The position numbers and the translations under genes are program-made. From the NCBI GenBank assembly GCA_963783575.1, contig CAWAOD010000011.1, positions 384,001-448,000 of the forward strand: a stretch of DNA of 64,000 bases, given 5' to 3'. Numbering within the stretch: the first letter of the stretch is position 1; the number at the start of each line of letters is the position of its first letter. Below are positions 53,790 through 64,000 of this stretch, piece after piece. The stretch comes from an uncultured Spirochaetota bacterium (lineage in GTDB: Bacteria > Spirochaetota > Brevinematia > Brevinematales > JAOACQ01). The notes under the pieces were generated by a model. That model was not told where the DNA came from, did no database searches, and saw nothing but the letters and a program-made list of their open reading frames with translations.

Positions 53790-55865
53790 CTATATAATAA
53801 TATTATACTCTTCCATCTTGCTTCTAAGAGTATTTCTGTTGATACCGAGAAAATCGGATGTTTTGACTTTATTCCTGTTATTATGGATAAGCGCTTTGTT
53901 AATCAATTCTTTTTCAATGTGTGTTATAATTTTATTATATACCATTCCATTGTAAGCCGAATTTTTGACAAAAGCTTCAATCCATTTTGAGATATGGATA
54001 TCGGGAATTTCTTCTGTTTCAAGCAGAAACGCCGGAAGATTATTTACTTCTATCGTATTGGTTTTTGCTAAAAGCAAAGCTCTTTCGATGACATTTTCAA
54101 GTTCCCTTACATTCCCAGGCCAGTTATATGATTGCATCAGCCTTAATGCTTCCTGCGAAATTCCCATTAACTTCCTATTATCCCTTTCGGAATATTTTTT
54201 AATGAAATAATTGGCCAGAAGCGGGATGTCGTCTTTTCTTTCCCGGAGAGGAGGTATAGGAATCTCTACGACATTGAGACGGTAATACAGGTCTTCCCTG
54301 AATTTACCGTCTTTTATGAGATTTTCCAGAATTTTATTTGTCGCAGACAGGATCCTTATGTCAATTTTTATTTTCGATTCGCTTCCAATAGGCTCTATCT
54401 CCCTTTCCTGAATAGATCTTAGCAGCTTGGCCTGAAGATAAAGCGGCATATCTCCTATTTCATCAAGGAATATTGTTCCTCCGTTAGCCAGAAGAAATTT
54501 GCCCTTTTTATCGCTGTTTGCCCCGGTAAACGCACCTTTCTTATAACCGAATAGCTCAGATTCCAGAAGGTTTTCCGGGATTGATGCGCAGTTTATACTA
54601 ACAAACGGAGCATCCTTCCGGCTGCTTCCTATATGCAACGCCCTTGCGACAAGCTCTTTACCCGTACCGCTTTCACCTAAAATCAGGATTGAAGAATTAC
54701 TGTCGGCAACAGTTTTTATAAGGTCAAATACTTCTTTCATTTTATTATTGTTGCCGATTATATTTTTTATCCCAAAATTCTTGAATAATTCTTTTTTTAA
54801 ATTGATATTTTCCACCATTAGAGTCTCTTTTTCTTCATAAAGTCTTTCACATGCTCTAACCTTATTTGCTATGAGGTTTGAGATCAATACCATCATATCT
54901 TCCTCATCCTGAAGATTGAGTTCGTTTTCAAAATATTTCTCTACAGCAAGAACTCCGATTACTATCCCTTCGGTCTTAATTGGTACTGCTATAAAGGAAA
55001 TTGGGATCGATTTATCCCTTTTAATCTGCATCTTATTCAGAAATTCCGGATCTTTATTTATGTCTTCTATTGAGATTGCTTTGCCCGCTTCAACAACCTT
55101 TCCGACTACTCCTTCTCCTACCTTATAAATTCCCCTTGACATTTCTTCTTCTGTAATATTATATGCGGTAAAAATGGATAATTCGTTGGATTCTTTGTTT
55201 TCGAACAATACAAGGATGCCCCTGATAATATTGAATCCGTCTGCAAGTTTTTTCATCACAATATCAAAAGTGTCTTTCAATTCGAATACTTTTTCTGTAG
55301 ATTGTGCAATTTCAATCAGAACATCCTTCAATTTCATTTTCATTTCAAGTTCTTCATAGAGGTTTGTCCGGACAAGAATTTGAGCGGCTTGGTTTGATAT
55401 TGTAAGCAGCAGTTCCATATCATCTTCAGTAAAGGCGCCTTTTCGGGTACTGTCAACATTAACCACCCCAATAACTTTTCCATGAACGCTCAATGGAACA
55501 GCCAATTCGGATTTGACATCTTTTTTTACCTTTATGTATACCGGTTCCATAGTTACATCATTAACCAGCCTGGGTACACCGTCCTGGAATACGGTACCGG
55601 TTACACCCTCACCTATTGTAATTTTTGTGTTTTTAATGATTTCCTCATCCAGACCTTTTATTACTTCAAATCTCAACATTTTTGAATGCTGTTCCTTAAG
55701 CATAATAGATCCGCTGTCCGCTCCCGTGAGTCTAATACATTTATCAAGCATTAAATTCAAAAGCTCTTTTGAATCCGTTGTCTCATTCATTGCAATTGTT
55801 AGATATTGTATTAATTTCAGCCTTTTGATCTTCTCTTCCAACGCATTGATATTTTTTTCTTCCAT
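53790..55865 (-). CDS. GAF-GAF sigma54-dependent activator (NifA-like) with Fis/NtrC-type HTH
   Basis: [34 protein letters not shown] and LGINRNTL. Confidence 0.95.
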   Translation of the reverse strand: MEEKNINALEEKIKRLKLIQYLTIAMNETTDSKELLNLMLDKCIRLTGADSGSIMLKEQHSKMLRFEVIKGLDEEIIKNTKITIGEGVTGTVFQDGVPRLVNDVTMEPVYIKVKKDVKSELAVPLSVHGKVIGVVNVDSTRKGAFTEDDMELLLTISNQAAQILVRTNLYEELEMKMKLKDVLIEIAQSTEKVFELKDTFDIVMKKLADGFNIIRGILVLFENKESNELSIFTAYNITEEEMSRGIYKVGEGVVGKVVEAGKAISIEDINKDPEFLNKMQIKRDKSIPISFIAVPIKTEGIVIGVLAVEKYFENELNLQDEEDMMVLISNLIANKVRACERLYEEKETLMVENINLKKELFKNFGIKNIIGNNNKMKEVFDLIKTVADSNSSILILGESGTGKELVARALHIGSSRKDAPFVSINCASIPENLLESELFGYKKGAFTGANSDKKGKFLLANGGTIFLDEIGDMPLYLQAKLLRSIQEREIEPIGSESKIKIDIRILSATNKILENLIKDGKFREDLYYRLNVVEIPIPPLRERKDDIPLLANYFIKKYSERDNRKLMGISQEALRLMQSYNWPGNVRELENVIERALLLAKTNTIEVNNLPAFLLETEEIPDIHISKWIEAFVKNSAYNGMVYNKIITHIEKELINKALIHNNRNKVKTSDFLGINRNTLRSKMEEYNIII

Positions 55866-56016
55866 AATTAATATACCTGCCTATTTTTTGATCATAATAA
55901 TAATATATGGGTAAAATATAATCAAGTAAATGATTATTAAGATTTTGTTAATTTGATTATATTAATCTAATTGCATACCTATCAAATAAAAATATTATTT
56001 TATTTCTGCTTAAATA

Positions 56017-56033
56017 TTGGCATTATTGTTGCA
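56017..56033 (+). promoter_or_regulatory. sigma54 -24/-12 promoter of glnA
   Basis: TTGGCATTATTGTTGCA, GG-N10-GC. Confidence 0.85.
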
Positions 56034-56096
56034 ATGATTGCAATATTATATTATTATTATTGTCAAATAATATTTTCCAATTAAGGAGGAAATGAT

Positions 56097-57515
56097 ATGG
56101 ATTCGAAAAGCGTGTTAGAGTTTATCAAAAAAGAAGGTATTGTTCAGGTTGACCTTCGATTTATGGATTTTCCGGGGATCTGGCAGCATTGTTCTTACCC
56201 GGTTTCAGAATTCAAGGATGAGAGTCCTTTTGAAGAAGGGCTTGGTTTTGACGGTTCTTCAATCCGCGGCTGGCAGGGTATTAACGAATCGGATATGCTT
56301 TTAATGCCCGATCCTTCAACGGCGGTGGTTGATCCATTTGCAAAGTACCCGACTTTATTGATGATTGCAGACATTAGAGACCCGATTACCGGTCAGGATT
56401 ATTCCAGAGATCCAAGGCATATCGCGAAAAAAGCAGTCAATTATCTGAAAAGCACAGGAATTGGTGATACGATATATTTCGGTCCGGAACTTGAGTTTTT
56501 TATTTTTGACGATATCAGGTATTCTCAAAGTACTAAAGAGGGATATTATTACATTGATTCTGATGAAGGAGTCTGGAATACAGGAAGAGTAGAGGAAGGC
56601 GGTAACAAAGGAACTAAAATACGTCATAAAGAGGGATATTTTCCGGTGCCTCCAACCGATTCATTATGGGATATCAGGACTGAAATGGTTCAGATGCTGG
56701 AAAAGGTGGGAATTCGCATAGAAGCCCATCATCATGAAGTAGCGACTGCCGGTCAGGCTGAAATTGATATGCGTTTTTCCGAACTTGTAAAAATGGCTGA
56801 TAATGTCATGATGTATAAATACATTACTAAGAATGTTGCGGTAAAGAACGGAAAAACAGTGACCTTTATGCCCAAACCACTTTTCGGTGATAACGGTTCC
56901 GGGATGCACTGCCATCAAAGTATATGGAAAGGCGGGAAGAACTTATTTGCGGGAAATAAATACGCAGGATTTTCCCAGGAAGGATTGTGGTATATCGGCG
57001 GTATTATTAAACATGCTTCTGCACTTGTAGCTATAACCTGCCCGACAACAAACTCGTATAAGAGGCTTGTTCCCGGTTTTGAAGCTCCTATCAAACTTGC
57101 TTATTCCGCAAGAAACAGAAGCGCAGCAGTAAGAATACCTATGTATTCCAACAATCCGGCGGCAAAAAGGCTTGAATTCAGAACACCCGACCCAAGTTGC
57201 AACCCGTATCTTGCGTTTTCCGCTATGACTATGGCGGGGCTTGACGGTATCCAGAATAAAATAGATCCCGGCGAACCGCTTGACAAAAATATTTACGATC
57301 TTCCGCCTGAAGAACAGGCAAAAGTCGGCAATATCCCCGGTTCTCTGGAAGAGGCGTTATGCAGTTTGAGCAATGATAACGAATTTTTACTTAAAAGCGA
57401 TGTTTTCACAAAAGATGTAATTGAAACCTGGATCGATTATAAGATGGCCAATGAAGTCAGGGCTGTTCAGCAAAGGCCGCATCCCTATGAGTTTTTCCTT
57501 TATTATGATATTTAA
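56097..57515 (+). CDS. glnA: Glutamine synthetase type I
   Basis: [30 protein letters not shown] and RLVPGFEAP; adenylylation loop DKNIYDLP. Confidence 0.98.
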   Translation: MDSKSVLEFIKKEGIVQVDLRFMDFPGIWQHCSYPVSEFKDESPFEEGLGFDGSSIRGWQGINESDMLLMPDPSTAVVDPFAKYPTLLMIADIRDPITGQDYSRDPRHIAKKAVNYLKSTGIGDTIYFGPELEFFIFDDIRYSQSTKEGYYYIDSDEGVWNTGRVEEGGNKGTKIRHKEGYFPVPPTDSLWDIRTEMVQMLEKVGIRIEAHHHEVATAGQAEIDMRFSELVKMADNVMMYKYITKNVAVKNGKTVTFMPKPLFGDNGSGMHCHQSIWKGGKNLFAGNKYAGFSQEGLWYIGGIIKHASALVAITCPTTNSYKRLVPGFEAPIKLAYSARNRSAAVRIPMYSNNPAAKRLEFRTPDPSCNPYLAFSAMTMAGLDGIQNKIDPGEPLDKNIYDLPPEEQAKVGNIPGSLEEALCSLSNDNEFLLKSDVFTKDVIETWIDYKMANEVRAVQQRPHPYEFFLYYDI

Positions 57516-57526
57516 TTAATAAAAAT

Positions 57527-57556
57527 AAGGCGGTGGAATCTAAATTTCACCGCCTT
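57527..57556. terminator. Hairpin between convergent glnA and glnE
   Basis: AAGGCGGTGGAA...TTTCACCGCCTT. Confidence 0.75.
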
Positions 57557-57560
57557 AAGT

Positions 57561-60500
57561 TTATTCATACGGTAACATGCAAATGTCCTTTAATTTATTG
57601 AAAACTGATATTATCATATTTTTGTAATAATTGACTTTTTCCTTCAACAAGTCTTTGGATTCCTCACCGATGATTCCTATGAAAAAGCTTCTTTTAATAA
57701 GATATCCATATTCAATACTGTCTTCCGGATATATATTAAGATCTTTGGCGTTTCCCTTAACCATTCTGAGAATGTTGATAAGATTCCTGTAAAATATATA
57801 ACATTCAGATAAATTTGTATACATATCCAGGAAAATAATATTTTCTTTTAACAGGGATTTAAGTGCTTCAAGTGTCGAAACGGTCTTTAATGAAGCGTAT
57901 TTGTACCCGTATCTTATCTGCAAAATTTGTACGATATATTCCATATCCACAAGTCCGCCTCTGGAATACTTAATGTTGAAGGTTTGAAAATCTTTAATAT
58001 TGGCGTTTAGCTGTTTCTCTCGAACCTTGTATAATGATTCAAGGTCGGGATTGATGCTGCTGTATACGTAGCCATCTCTATGGATTAATATTGAATCCCT
58101 CAGATATGAACCGCTTTTATTGGATGATAAGAAACGCAGTTTAATAAGTGATTGTCTCTCGAAGAAATAGGCTTTTCCACCGGCAGAGAAATAATCCATA
58201 AAGTTTTGTTTAGAGACAGCAAGTTTACCTTCTTTACCGAATGGTCTTAGATTCAGATCGATCTCAAAAATTCCTTCCCTTTTTGTATGAATTGCCTGTA
58301 AAAACATCTGAAGCATTTTTTCAAAATAGCCGTCTATCAACTGAAATTCCTTCAGATTTTCCGGGATATCATAAATAAGCATAAGTTCAATATCCGAAGC
58401 ATACCCCAATTCCCTTCCGCCCATTTTTCCCAGTCCGAAAATCGCCCAAGGCGGAAGTTCCGGGAAAGAATATTTTTTCAGCAGCTCAGTTTCAATTCTG
58501 GTAAGTGTTAATTCAATAATGGCTTCTGCCAGATCACTAAGCTCAAAAGCAAAATTGATAATATCAATCTTTTTCAATAACTGCCTTAAATCGATCCGGA
58601 ACATTTCCTTATCTTTATATTGATTGAGCGCTTCTACAAATTTACTGTAATCCGGTTCAACTTCCTCTTTATTAAATAAATTATTATTATGGAAATTCTC
58701 AATGAGTTCTTCTTTATTAAACCGGTATTCAATGCTTTTTTCGGTCAATATGGGAAGCAGTGTATGATACTGAAGCCTTATTAAATCTTCCCATAGAAAA
58801 TCGCTGATACCAAAAATAGCGGCAAGTTTTTTCTGCACATCGGATTGCCCCAGGATAGGGAGCTCTTTCTTTTCTCCGCTTTCCAGAACCCGGTTTAACA
58901 GTTCGTCGAAATAATGCAGGGCTTTGTCTGGATTGATGGTATTCAGCAAAATTGAAGAATACTGCTTGATAAGTGTTACGGTTATTTTTAATTCCTCTAT
59001 CTTTTCCTTAGATACAATCTTACTCCCATCCGCAGTCATAATAAAAAGCCTGTCGATTGCAGTATCCTGAACCGTATCGATTTCGACTTTAAAAATATAG
59101 TAATTCTTCAAAGCGAGAACGTTTGTAAATGTATAAAGAAAGGCAAAACTGTCTCTTGATTTAATATGAAGTATTGTATATTGGCTGCTGCTTTCGTTAT
59201 CCACGTCTATCTCCACTGGATAAAGTGAAGTAGCCATTGATGATGGAATTTTCGGTATAATATTTAATATTCTATTATTAAGGTATTCTTCCGCCAGCCT
59301 TACTTCCTTATTATCAAGGTAATGAAGAATCCGGTTCAGATCAGTTTTAAAACGGCTCCAATCCGGTGAATATTCACCTGGGCCGATGCTGCCGTCAGGT
59401 ATGGTATCCATAATTTTTGCTGTTACTGTACAGACAATTTTTCTTTTATATAAAAAACTGCTGTTATTATCTTCAATATGTCCTGAATATATCTGTTTTT
59501 TTCTTCTTCTATAAAATTGTTCCCTGTAATCAGGTGATATCATTCTGTAATCGCAGTAAGTGAAAGACTCGCCTTTTATAATCTTGAGATAGTTTGCCGA
59601 AATCAAACCGGATATTTTGGAAAATTCATAATAATAATCAAAGGCTATTATGCAGAGTTTCCATTCTTCACGGCCGGTTTCATGAATGGTAATTTCAACG
59701 AGATTATCATTGTTTAATTTTTCTATCATCTTTATATGCTCAACAATTTCCGCCTCATTAAACTGTAAAAAATATTCGCTGTCCATCCTTAAAAAATGGT
59801 CATCAAGAAGCTGCTTATTTAAATCGGGATATCCGGCTATAAGGCTATCCTTGACTTTTAAATAACGGATTGTATCGTCGAACAATGAAGTGAAAATGTT
59901 TCTGACGCTTTTCATATTATTTTCGGCCATAATTTTGAAATCCGCGGCAAATTTATTTATTGTAAATTCACCCTGATCCATAAACCATGGGAAGAATATC
60001 TCAATAATAATTTCATTTTTTGCAGGAAGTACCTGTTCGGCAGTATTAAACCTGAATTGCAGGATATTTTCAATTTTTCTGAATAGAATATAATTTGAAG
60101 ATAATATTTCATATTCTTTTTCAGTAATGATTTTGAATGTTTTTAATGATTGCAGGGCACTCATGGAATTGTTTTTTCGAATTTCGGGATACCTGATGCC
60201 ATGAATAAGCTGCAGGAACTGAATAATAAATTCAATATCCCGTATTCCGCCGGGAGATAATTTAATATTTATGCCTTTTGTACTGCGCTGAATTCTACTT
60301 TCAATACTTTCTTTTATTTCCCTTATCTCTACCAAAATTTTCTGTGGGTTATGATGGGCGTAAATGATTTTTTCAATAGATTCCCGGAATTGCAGATATA
60401 AATTCTCATTGCCCCAGACAAGACGGCTTTTTATCATTGCCTGCAATTCCCATTGCCTGCTTCTTGTACGGTAGTACTCAATTGCATTATTGACACCCAT

Positions 60501-61229
60501 CATTACAGGGCCTGATTCTCCTTCCGGCCGGAGCCTTAAATCGACTCTATATAAAAATCCTTCAGGGGATGAATTTCGTAGAAAACCAAGCAAGTTTATT
60601 AAAATTTCATTCAAATTGTTCGGTTTATTTTCATCAAGCAATATTTCATCTTTTACAAAAAAGATCAAATCTATATCGGAACTTATATTAAGTTCTTCTC
60701 CGCCCAGCTTTCCCATTGCAATTATTAATAAATTGTCTTTAATTTCTTCAACGGACATTCCGTATTTATTTTTAAGTTTCAATACAGATCCCTTTATTGA
60801 ATAATAAATACAAAAATCGGCTAATATTGAAAGATGCCAAATCGTCTGTGCGACTGTATTGATTTTGAGAAATTCCATCATACCCAAAATTACAGTTTCT
60901 TCATTTTTTATTAACCTGAGTTTTTCAAATAAAAAATTAATATCTTCAATACTATCTATTTCAGGATATAAATTATAATAATTCAATTTGTTATGATAAT
61001 TTAAATGGAATTCGCCTTTTCTTAAATCAAGTATAAAAACTATGAATTTTAAAATCAAATACGGACTTTTTTCCATAACCAGGCATGCATAATTACTAGA
61101 TTTGAGAAACAATTCAAGCTTATTTTCAATTTCATAGTCAACGATTTGATTGATTTTATTTTTAAGTTCAGAATCATTTATTTTTGAAATTATTTCCATC
61201 ATATTATTTATCCGCTTTATTATGTTCAT
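57561..61229 (-). CDS. glnE: Glutamine synthetase adenylyltransferase with internal ACT-like domains
   Basis: Two NTase motifs (MGKLGGEELNISSDIDL; LGKMGGRELGYASDIEL), D..LRP.G twice, K.S.GG..D.E...Q twice. Confidence 0.9.
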   Translation of the reverse strand: MNIIKRINNMMEIISKINDSELKNKINQIVDYEIENKLELFLKSSNYACLVMEKSPYLILKFIVFILDLRKGEFHLNYHNKLNYYNLYPEIDSIEDINFLFEKLRLIKNEETVILGMMEFLKINTVAQTIWHLSILADFCIYYSIKGSVLKLKNKYGMSVEEIKDNLLIIAMGKLGGEELNISSDIDLIFFVKDEILLDENKPNNLNEILINLLGFLRNSSPEGFLYRVDLRLRPEGESGPVMMGVNNAIEYYRTRSRQWELQAMIKSRLVWGNENLYLQFRESIEKIIYAHHNPQKILVEIREIKESIESRIQRSTKGINIKLSPGGIRDIEFIIQFLQLIHGIRYPEIRKNNSMSALQSLKTFKIITEKEYEILSSNYILFRKIENILQFRFNTAEQVLPAKNEIIIEIFFPWFMDQGEFTINKFAADFKIMAENNMKSVRNIFTSLFDDTIRYLKVKDSLIAGYPDLNKQLLDDHFLRMDSEYFLQFNEAEIVEHIKMIEKLNNDNLVEITIHETGREEWKLCIIAFDYYYEFSKISGLISANYLKIIKGESFTYCDYRMISPDYREQFYRRRKKQIYSGHIEDNNSSFLYKRKIVCTVTAKIMDTIPDGSIGPGEYSPDWSRFKTDLNRILHYLDNKEVRLAEEYLNNRILNIIPKIPSSMATSLYPVEIDVDNESSSQYTILHIKSRDSFAFLYTFTNVLALKNYYIFKVEIDTVQDTAIDRLFIMTADGSKIVSKEKIEELKITVTLIKQYSSILLNTINPDKALHYFDELLNRVLESGEKKELPILGQSDVQKKLAAIFGISDFLWEDLIRLQYHTLLPILTEKSIEYRFNKEELIENFHNNNLFNKEEVEPDYSKFVEALNQYKDKEMFRIDLRQLLKKIDIINFAFELSDLAEAIIELTLTRIETELLKKYSFPELPPWAIFGLGKMGGRELGYASDIELMLIYDIPENLKEFQLIDGYFEKMLQMFLQAIHTKREGIFEIDLNLRPFGKEGKLAVSKQNFMDYFSAGGKAYFFERQSLIKLRFLSSNKSGSYLRDSILIHRDGYVYSSINPDLESLYKVREKQLNANIKDFQTFNIKYSRGGLVDMEYIVQILQIRYGYKYASLKTVSTLEALKSLLKENIIFLDMYTNLSECYIFYRNLINILRMVKGNAKDLNIYPEDSIEYGYLIKRSFFIGIIGEESKDLLKEKVNYYKNMIISVFNKLKDICMLPYE

Positions 61230-61494
61230 ATTTTATATCTATTTGTATAAATCATCCAATTTTATTTTAAATTAAATATCATGGCCTATTCGGTTGGCAG
61301 ACAAACTTAGGACAGTTTGCTTAACCAGGTTCAATTATGGTTAATATTTAGTCAGAATATTATTAATTGCACAAAATATATGCTTTTATTATTATTATAC
61401 CAGCCAAAGCATAAGGTTAAAATACTAAAAGTAAAACATAGTGATTTAATAATATATAATAGGTAATTATTAACTTTGAGCTGTCCTGTAGGAA

Positions 61495-61510
61495 TTGGCA
61501 TAATTCTTGC
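61495..61510 (+). promoter_or_regulatory. sigma54 -24/-12 promoter of the GS-III gene
   Basis: TTGGCATAATTCTTGC, GG-N10-GC. Confidence 0.85.
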
Positions 61511-61544
61511 GTTTATGAGCTAAATTTATAATGGAGGTTTGTTT

Positions 61545-63740
61545 GTGTCAATAAGAGAAGACGCTATCAAGGAAATAGTTAAAAGGGATTGCACAACTGT
61601 AAGCGGTGAAACGGTTAAAGGTATGAAGATATCCGAAATTTACGGGATGAATGTCTTTAATGATGAAGCGATGAAGAAATTTCTGCCCTATTCAGCGTAC
61701 AAAAGATTAAGAAATATTATTAAACATGGCGGTAAGATTGATGATCAGCTTGCCGAAGAAGTCGCTCATGGAGTAAAAGAATGGGCAATCAGCAAGGGCG
61801 CCACACATTTTACCCATTGGTTCCAGCCGATGACCGGTTTAACCGCTGAAAAACATGACAGCTTCTTAAGTTTCGATCAGGACGGTTTACCCATAGACAG
61901 GTTTTCCGGAAAAAATCTTAGCCAGGGGGAACCAGATGCTTCCAGTTTTCCGAGCGGTGGTATTCGCGCAACATTCGAAGCCAGGGGTTATACAGCCTGG
62001 GATCCGACTTCACCCATATTTCTCGCCGGGCATAGCAATGGTGCTACAATCTGTATACCCACGCTTTTTCTCTCTTATACCGGGGAGGCTCTTGATAAAA
62101 AAACACCGCTGTTAAGATCCATAGAAGCATTAAATAAAGCTGCGCTAAGAGTATTGAAGCTTTTCGGCAACCATTCTGCAACAAGAGTTTATTCTACCGT
62201 AGGTCCGGAGCAGGAGTACTTTTTAATTGACAAGGCTTTTTATTTAAGAAGACCGGATCTGCTGTTAACCGGGCGAACAATATTCGGCGCGGGTTCACCC
62301 AAAGGCCAGCAAATGGAAGATCATTATTTCGGCAGCATAAGGGAAAGAATCATAAATTTTATGCAGGATGTTGAAACCGAATTGTATAAACTGGGTATAC
62401 CTGCAAAAACAAGACACAATGAAGTTGCCCCCGCTCAGTTTGAGATTGCACCTGTTTTTGAGGACAGCAATATAGCGACAGATCATAATCAAATGGTTAT
62501 GGAAACACTTCGCAGGGTTGCCGTAAAATATGATTTATCATTCTTAAGTCATGAAAAGCCGTTTGCAGGCATCAACGGCTCCGGAAAACATAATAACTGG
62601 TCGATGTCGGATTCGGAAGGTAATAATTTGCTTGAACCGGGCAGCACACCTCATGAAAACCTCCAGTTTTTGACTATTTTGACGGCAATAATAAAAGGAG
62701 TTTATAAATACGCTGATATTTTAAGAGCATCCATTGCTTCTGCCGGAAACGATCACAGGCTGGGAGCCAATGAGGCACCACCGGCTATAATTTCAATATT
62801 CCTCGGCGAACAGCTGACAAGTATACTTGATAATCTTGAACATAACAGAAAGCATGATTATTCGGATAAGCAGATTATCGATCTGGGTTTAAGCAAGCTT
62901 CCGGTGATAAGCAAGGATAACACTGATAGGAACAGGACTTCGCCTTTTGCTTTTACAGGTAATAAGTTTGAGTTCAGAGCGGTCGGTTCATCACAATCGA
63001 TTGCGCCCGCAAACTATACTATTAATACCGTAGTTTCTACTCTTTTAAACGAATTTGCAGATAAAATCGAAACGAATTTAAAAAATGGAATGGACCTGAA
63101 TAAAGCAGTTATGGAAGTCATAATTCCCGCGATCAGGGAAAGCAAGCATGTGCGTTTTGAGGGCAATAACTATGATCGCGCCTGGGAAATCGAGGCTGAA
63201 AAGAGAGAACTGCCCAATAAAAAAACAACGCCCGAATCGCTTAAAGATATGGTTTCAGATAAGAATAAAGAGATTTTTATTAAAAATAACGTCTTCAGTG
63301 AAAGGGAAATCGAAGCTAGATATCATATTTTTCTTGAGCAATATTCTAAGCTGGTAAATATTGAAGCTGAAACTGCCGTAATGATTGCAAAAACAATGAT
63401 TCTACCGCCGGTTTTGAAATATCAGACACTGATTGCTCAATCGATATCTTCTCTTCAGGGAGTTGAAGGCATAGATAAATCTCTGATAAAGCCCCAAAAA
63501 GATTTATTAAATGAATATTCAGGATTAATAAACGAAATGCAGAATAGAGTCGGAAATCTTGAGAAGGCGCTTAATGAATCCAAGAGCGATGAAGATATTG
63601 AAAATCAGGCAAATCATTATTGCTGTTCGGTTATGCCCGCTTTGTCAATATTAAGGCAAGCAGTTGATAAACTTGAGGAAAAAACTGCCGATGAATTTTG
63701 GCCGCTGCCGAAATACCGCGAAATGTTGTTTATCTATTGA
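61545..63740 (+). CDS. glnN: Glutamine synthetase type III
   Basis: HFTHWFQP.TG.TAEKHD, GEPDASSFPSGG, NGSGKHNNW and DRNRTSPFAFTGNKFEFR; GGAGG RBS before GTG. Confidence 0.97.
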   Translation: MSIREDAIKEIVKRDCTTVSGETVKGMKISEIYGMNVFNDEAMKKFLPYSAYKRLRNIIKHGGKIDDQLAEEVAHGVKEWAISKGATHFTHWFQPMTGLTAEKHDSFLSFDQDGLPIDRFSGKNLSQGEPDASSFPSGGIRATFEARGYTAWDPTSPIFLAGHSNGATICIPTLFLSYTGEALDKKTPLLRSIEALNKAALRVLKLFGNHSATRVYSTVGPEQEYFLIDKAFYLRRPDLLLTGRTIFGAGSPKGQQMEDHYFGSIRERIINFMQDVETELYKLGIPAKTRHNEVAPAQFEIAPVFEDSNIATDHNQMVMETLRRVAVKYDLSFLSHEKPFAGINGSGKHNNWSMSDSEGNNLLEPGSTPHENLQFLTILTAIIKGVYKYADILRASIASAGNDHRLGANEAPPAIISIFLGEQLTSILDNLEHNRKHDYSDKQIIDLGLSKLPVISKDNTDRNRTSPFAFTGNKFEFRAVGSSQSIAPANYTINTVVSTLLNEFADKIETNLKNGMDLNKAVMEVIIPAIRESKHVRFEGNNYDRAWEIEAEKRELPNKKTTPESLKDMVSDKNKEIFIKNNVFSEREIEARYHIFLEQYSKLVNIEAETAVMIAKTMILPPVLKYQTLIAQSISSLQGVEGIDKSLIKPQKDLLNEYSGLINEMQNRVGNLEKALNESKSDEDIENQANHYCCSVMPALSILRQAVDKLEEKTADEFWPLPKYREMLFIY

Positions 63741-63752
63741 GATTATTTTATT

Positions 63753-63777
63753 TTCCGGCCGGGGACCCCGGCCGGAA
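63753..63777 (+). terminator. GC-rich hairpin after GS-III
   Basis: TTCCGGCCGGG-GAC-CCCGGCCGGAA. Confidence 0.7.
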
Positions 63778-63874
63778 GTATTATTACCAGTCGATTTTTT
63801 ATATTTTACAAACTTGTTTTTTTAAACGTTTTTATATATAATATACGACTTGTATACTATGTGAGGTAATACTT

Positions 63875-64000
63875 ATGTCTTATAATTATGAAGACGCAGT
63901 ACCATATCAGGAAAAAGATATATCAGGATGCGGGCTGTTGGGATTAATCCGGCAGGATGGATCGACAGTTGATGGTACTGATATCATCAAAGGCATAGAA
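63875..64000 (+). CDS. Class II glutamine amidotransferase (stand-alone glutamate synthase GATase-like), 5' end
   Basis: MSYNYEDAVPYQEKDISGCGLLGLI; Ntn-type CG..G motif next to gln genes. Confidence 0.65.
   Translation, partial: MSYNYEDAVPYQEKDISGCGLLGLIRQDGSTVDGTDIIKGIE

Noticed and set aside
53790..55865. Calling the activator nifA / a nitrogen-fixation locus
   Set aside because: No nif genes are in the window and it has two GAF domains, so only the family-level call is supported.

Overview
AT-rich bacterial chromosome segment, very probably from a spirochaete: it has two tandem FlaA flagellar-sheath genes, lipoproteins, a DUF1577-like PilZ/GAF protein and an SthK-like cyclic-nucleotide-gated channel. 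A Brevinematales-like lineage is only an inference. Housekeeping blocks are tyrS(5'), xth, prfB, udg, rdgB, panD, nrdJ, aroC, glpK, fba, alr and rimP-nusA-infB-rbfA-nrnA. A nitrogen-assimilation locus holds a GAF-GAF sigma54 activator, GS-I, GlnE, GS-III and the start of a glutamate-synthase GATase. These flank an accessory region at about 14.5-36 kb. That region contains five paralogous exported proteins of unknown function. Their array is interrupted by an oppositely oriented four-gene unit: YkgJ-type Cys-cluster/methyltransferase fusion, PptH-like phosphoesterase, Sfp-type PPTase and PksB-like hydrolase, behind a promoter with three exact 17-bp repeats. This unit is the best candidate for an undescribed system. 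Many genes carry single-base frameshifts, often at homopolymers, which may be long-read consensus errors rather than pseudogenes. All homology calls were made by eye from motifs; no searches were run.
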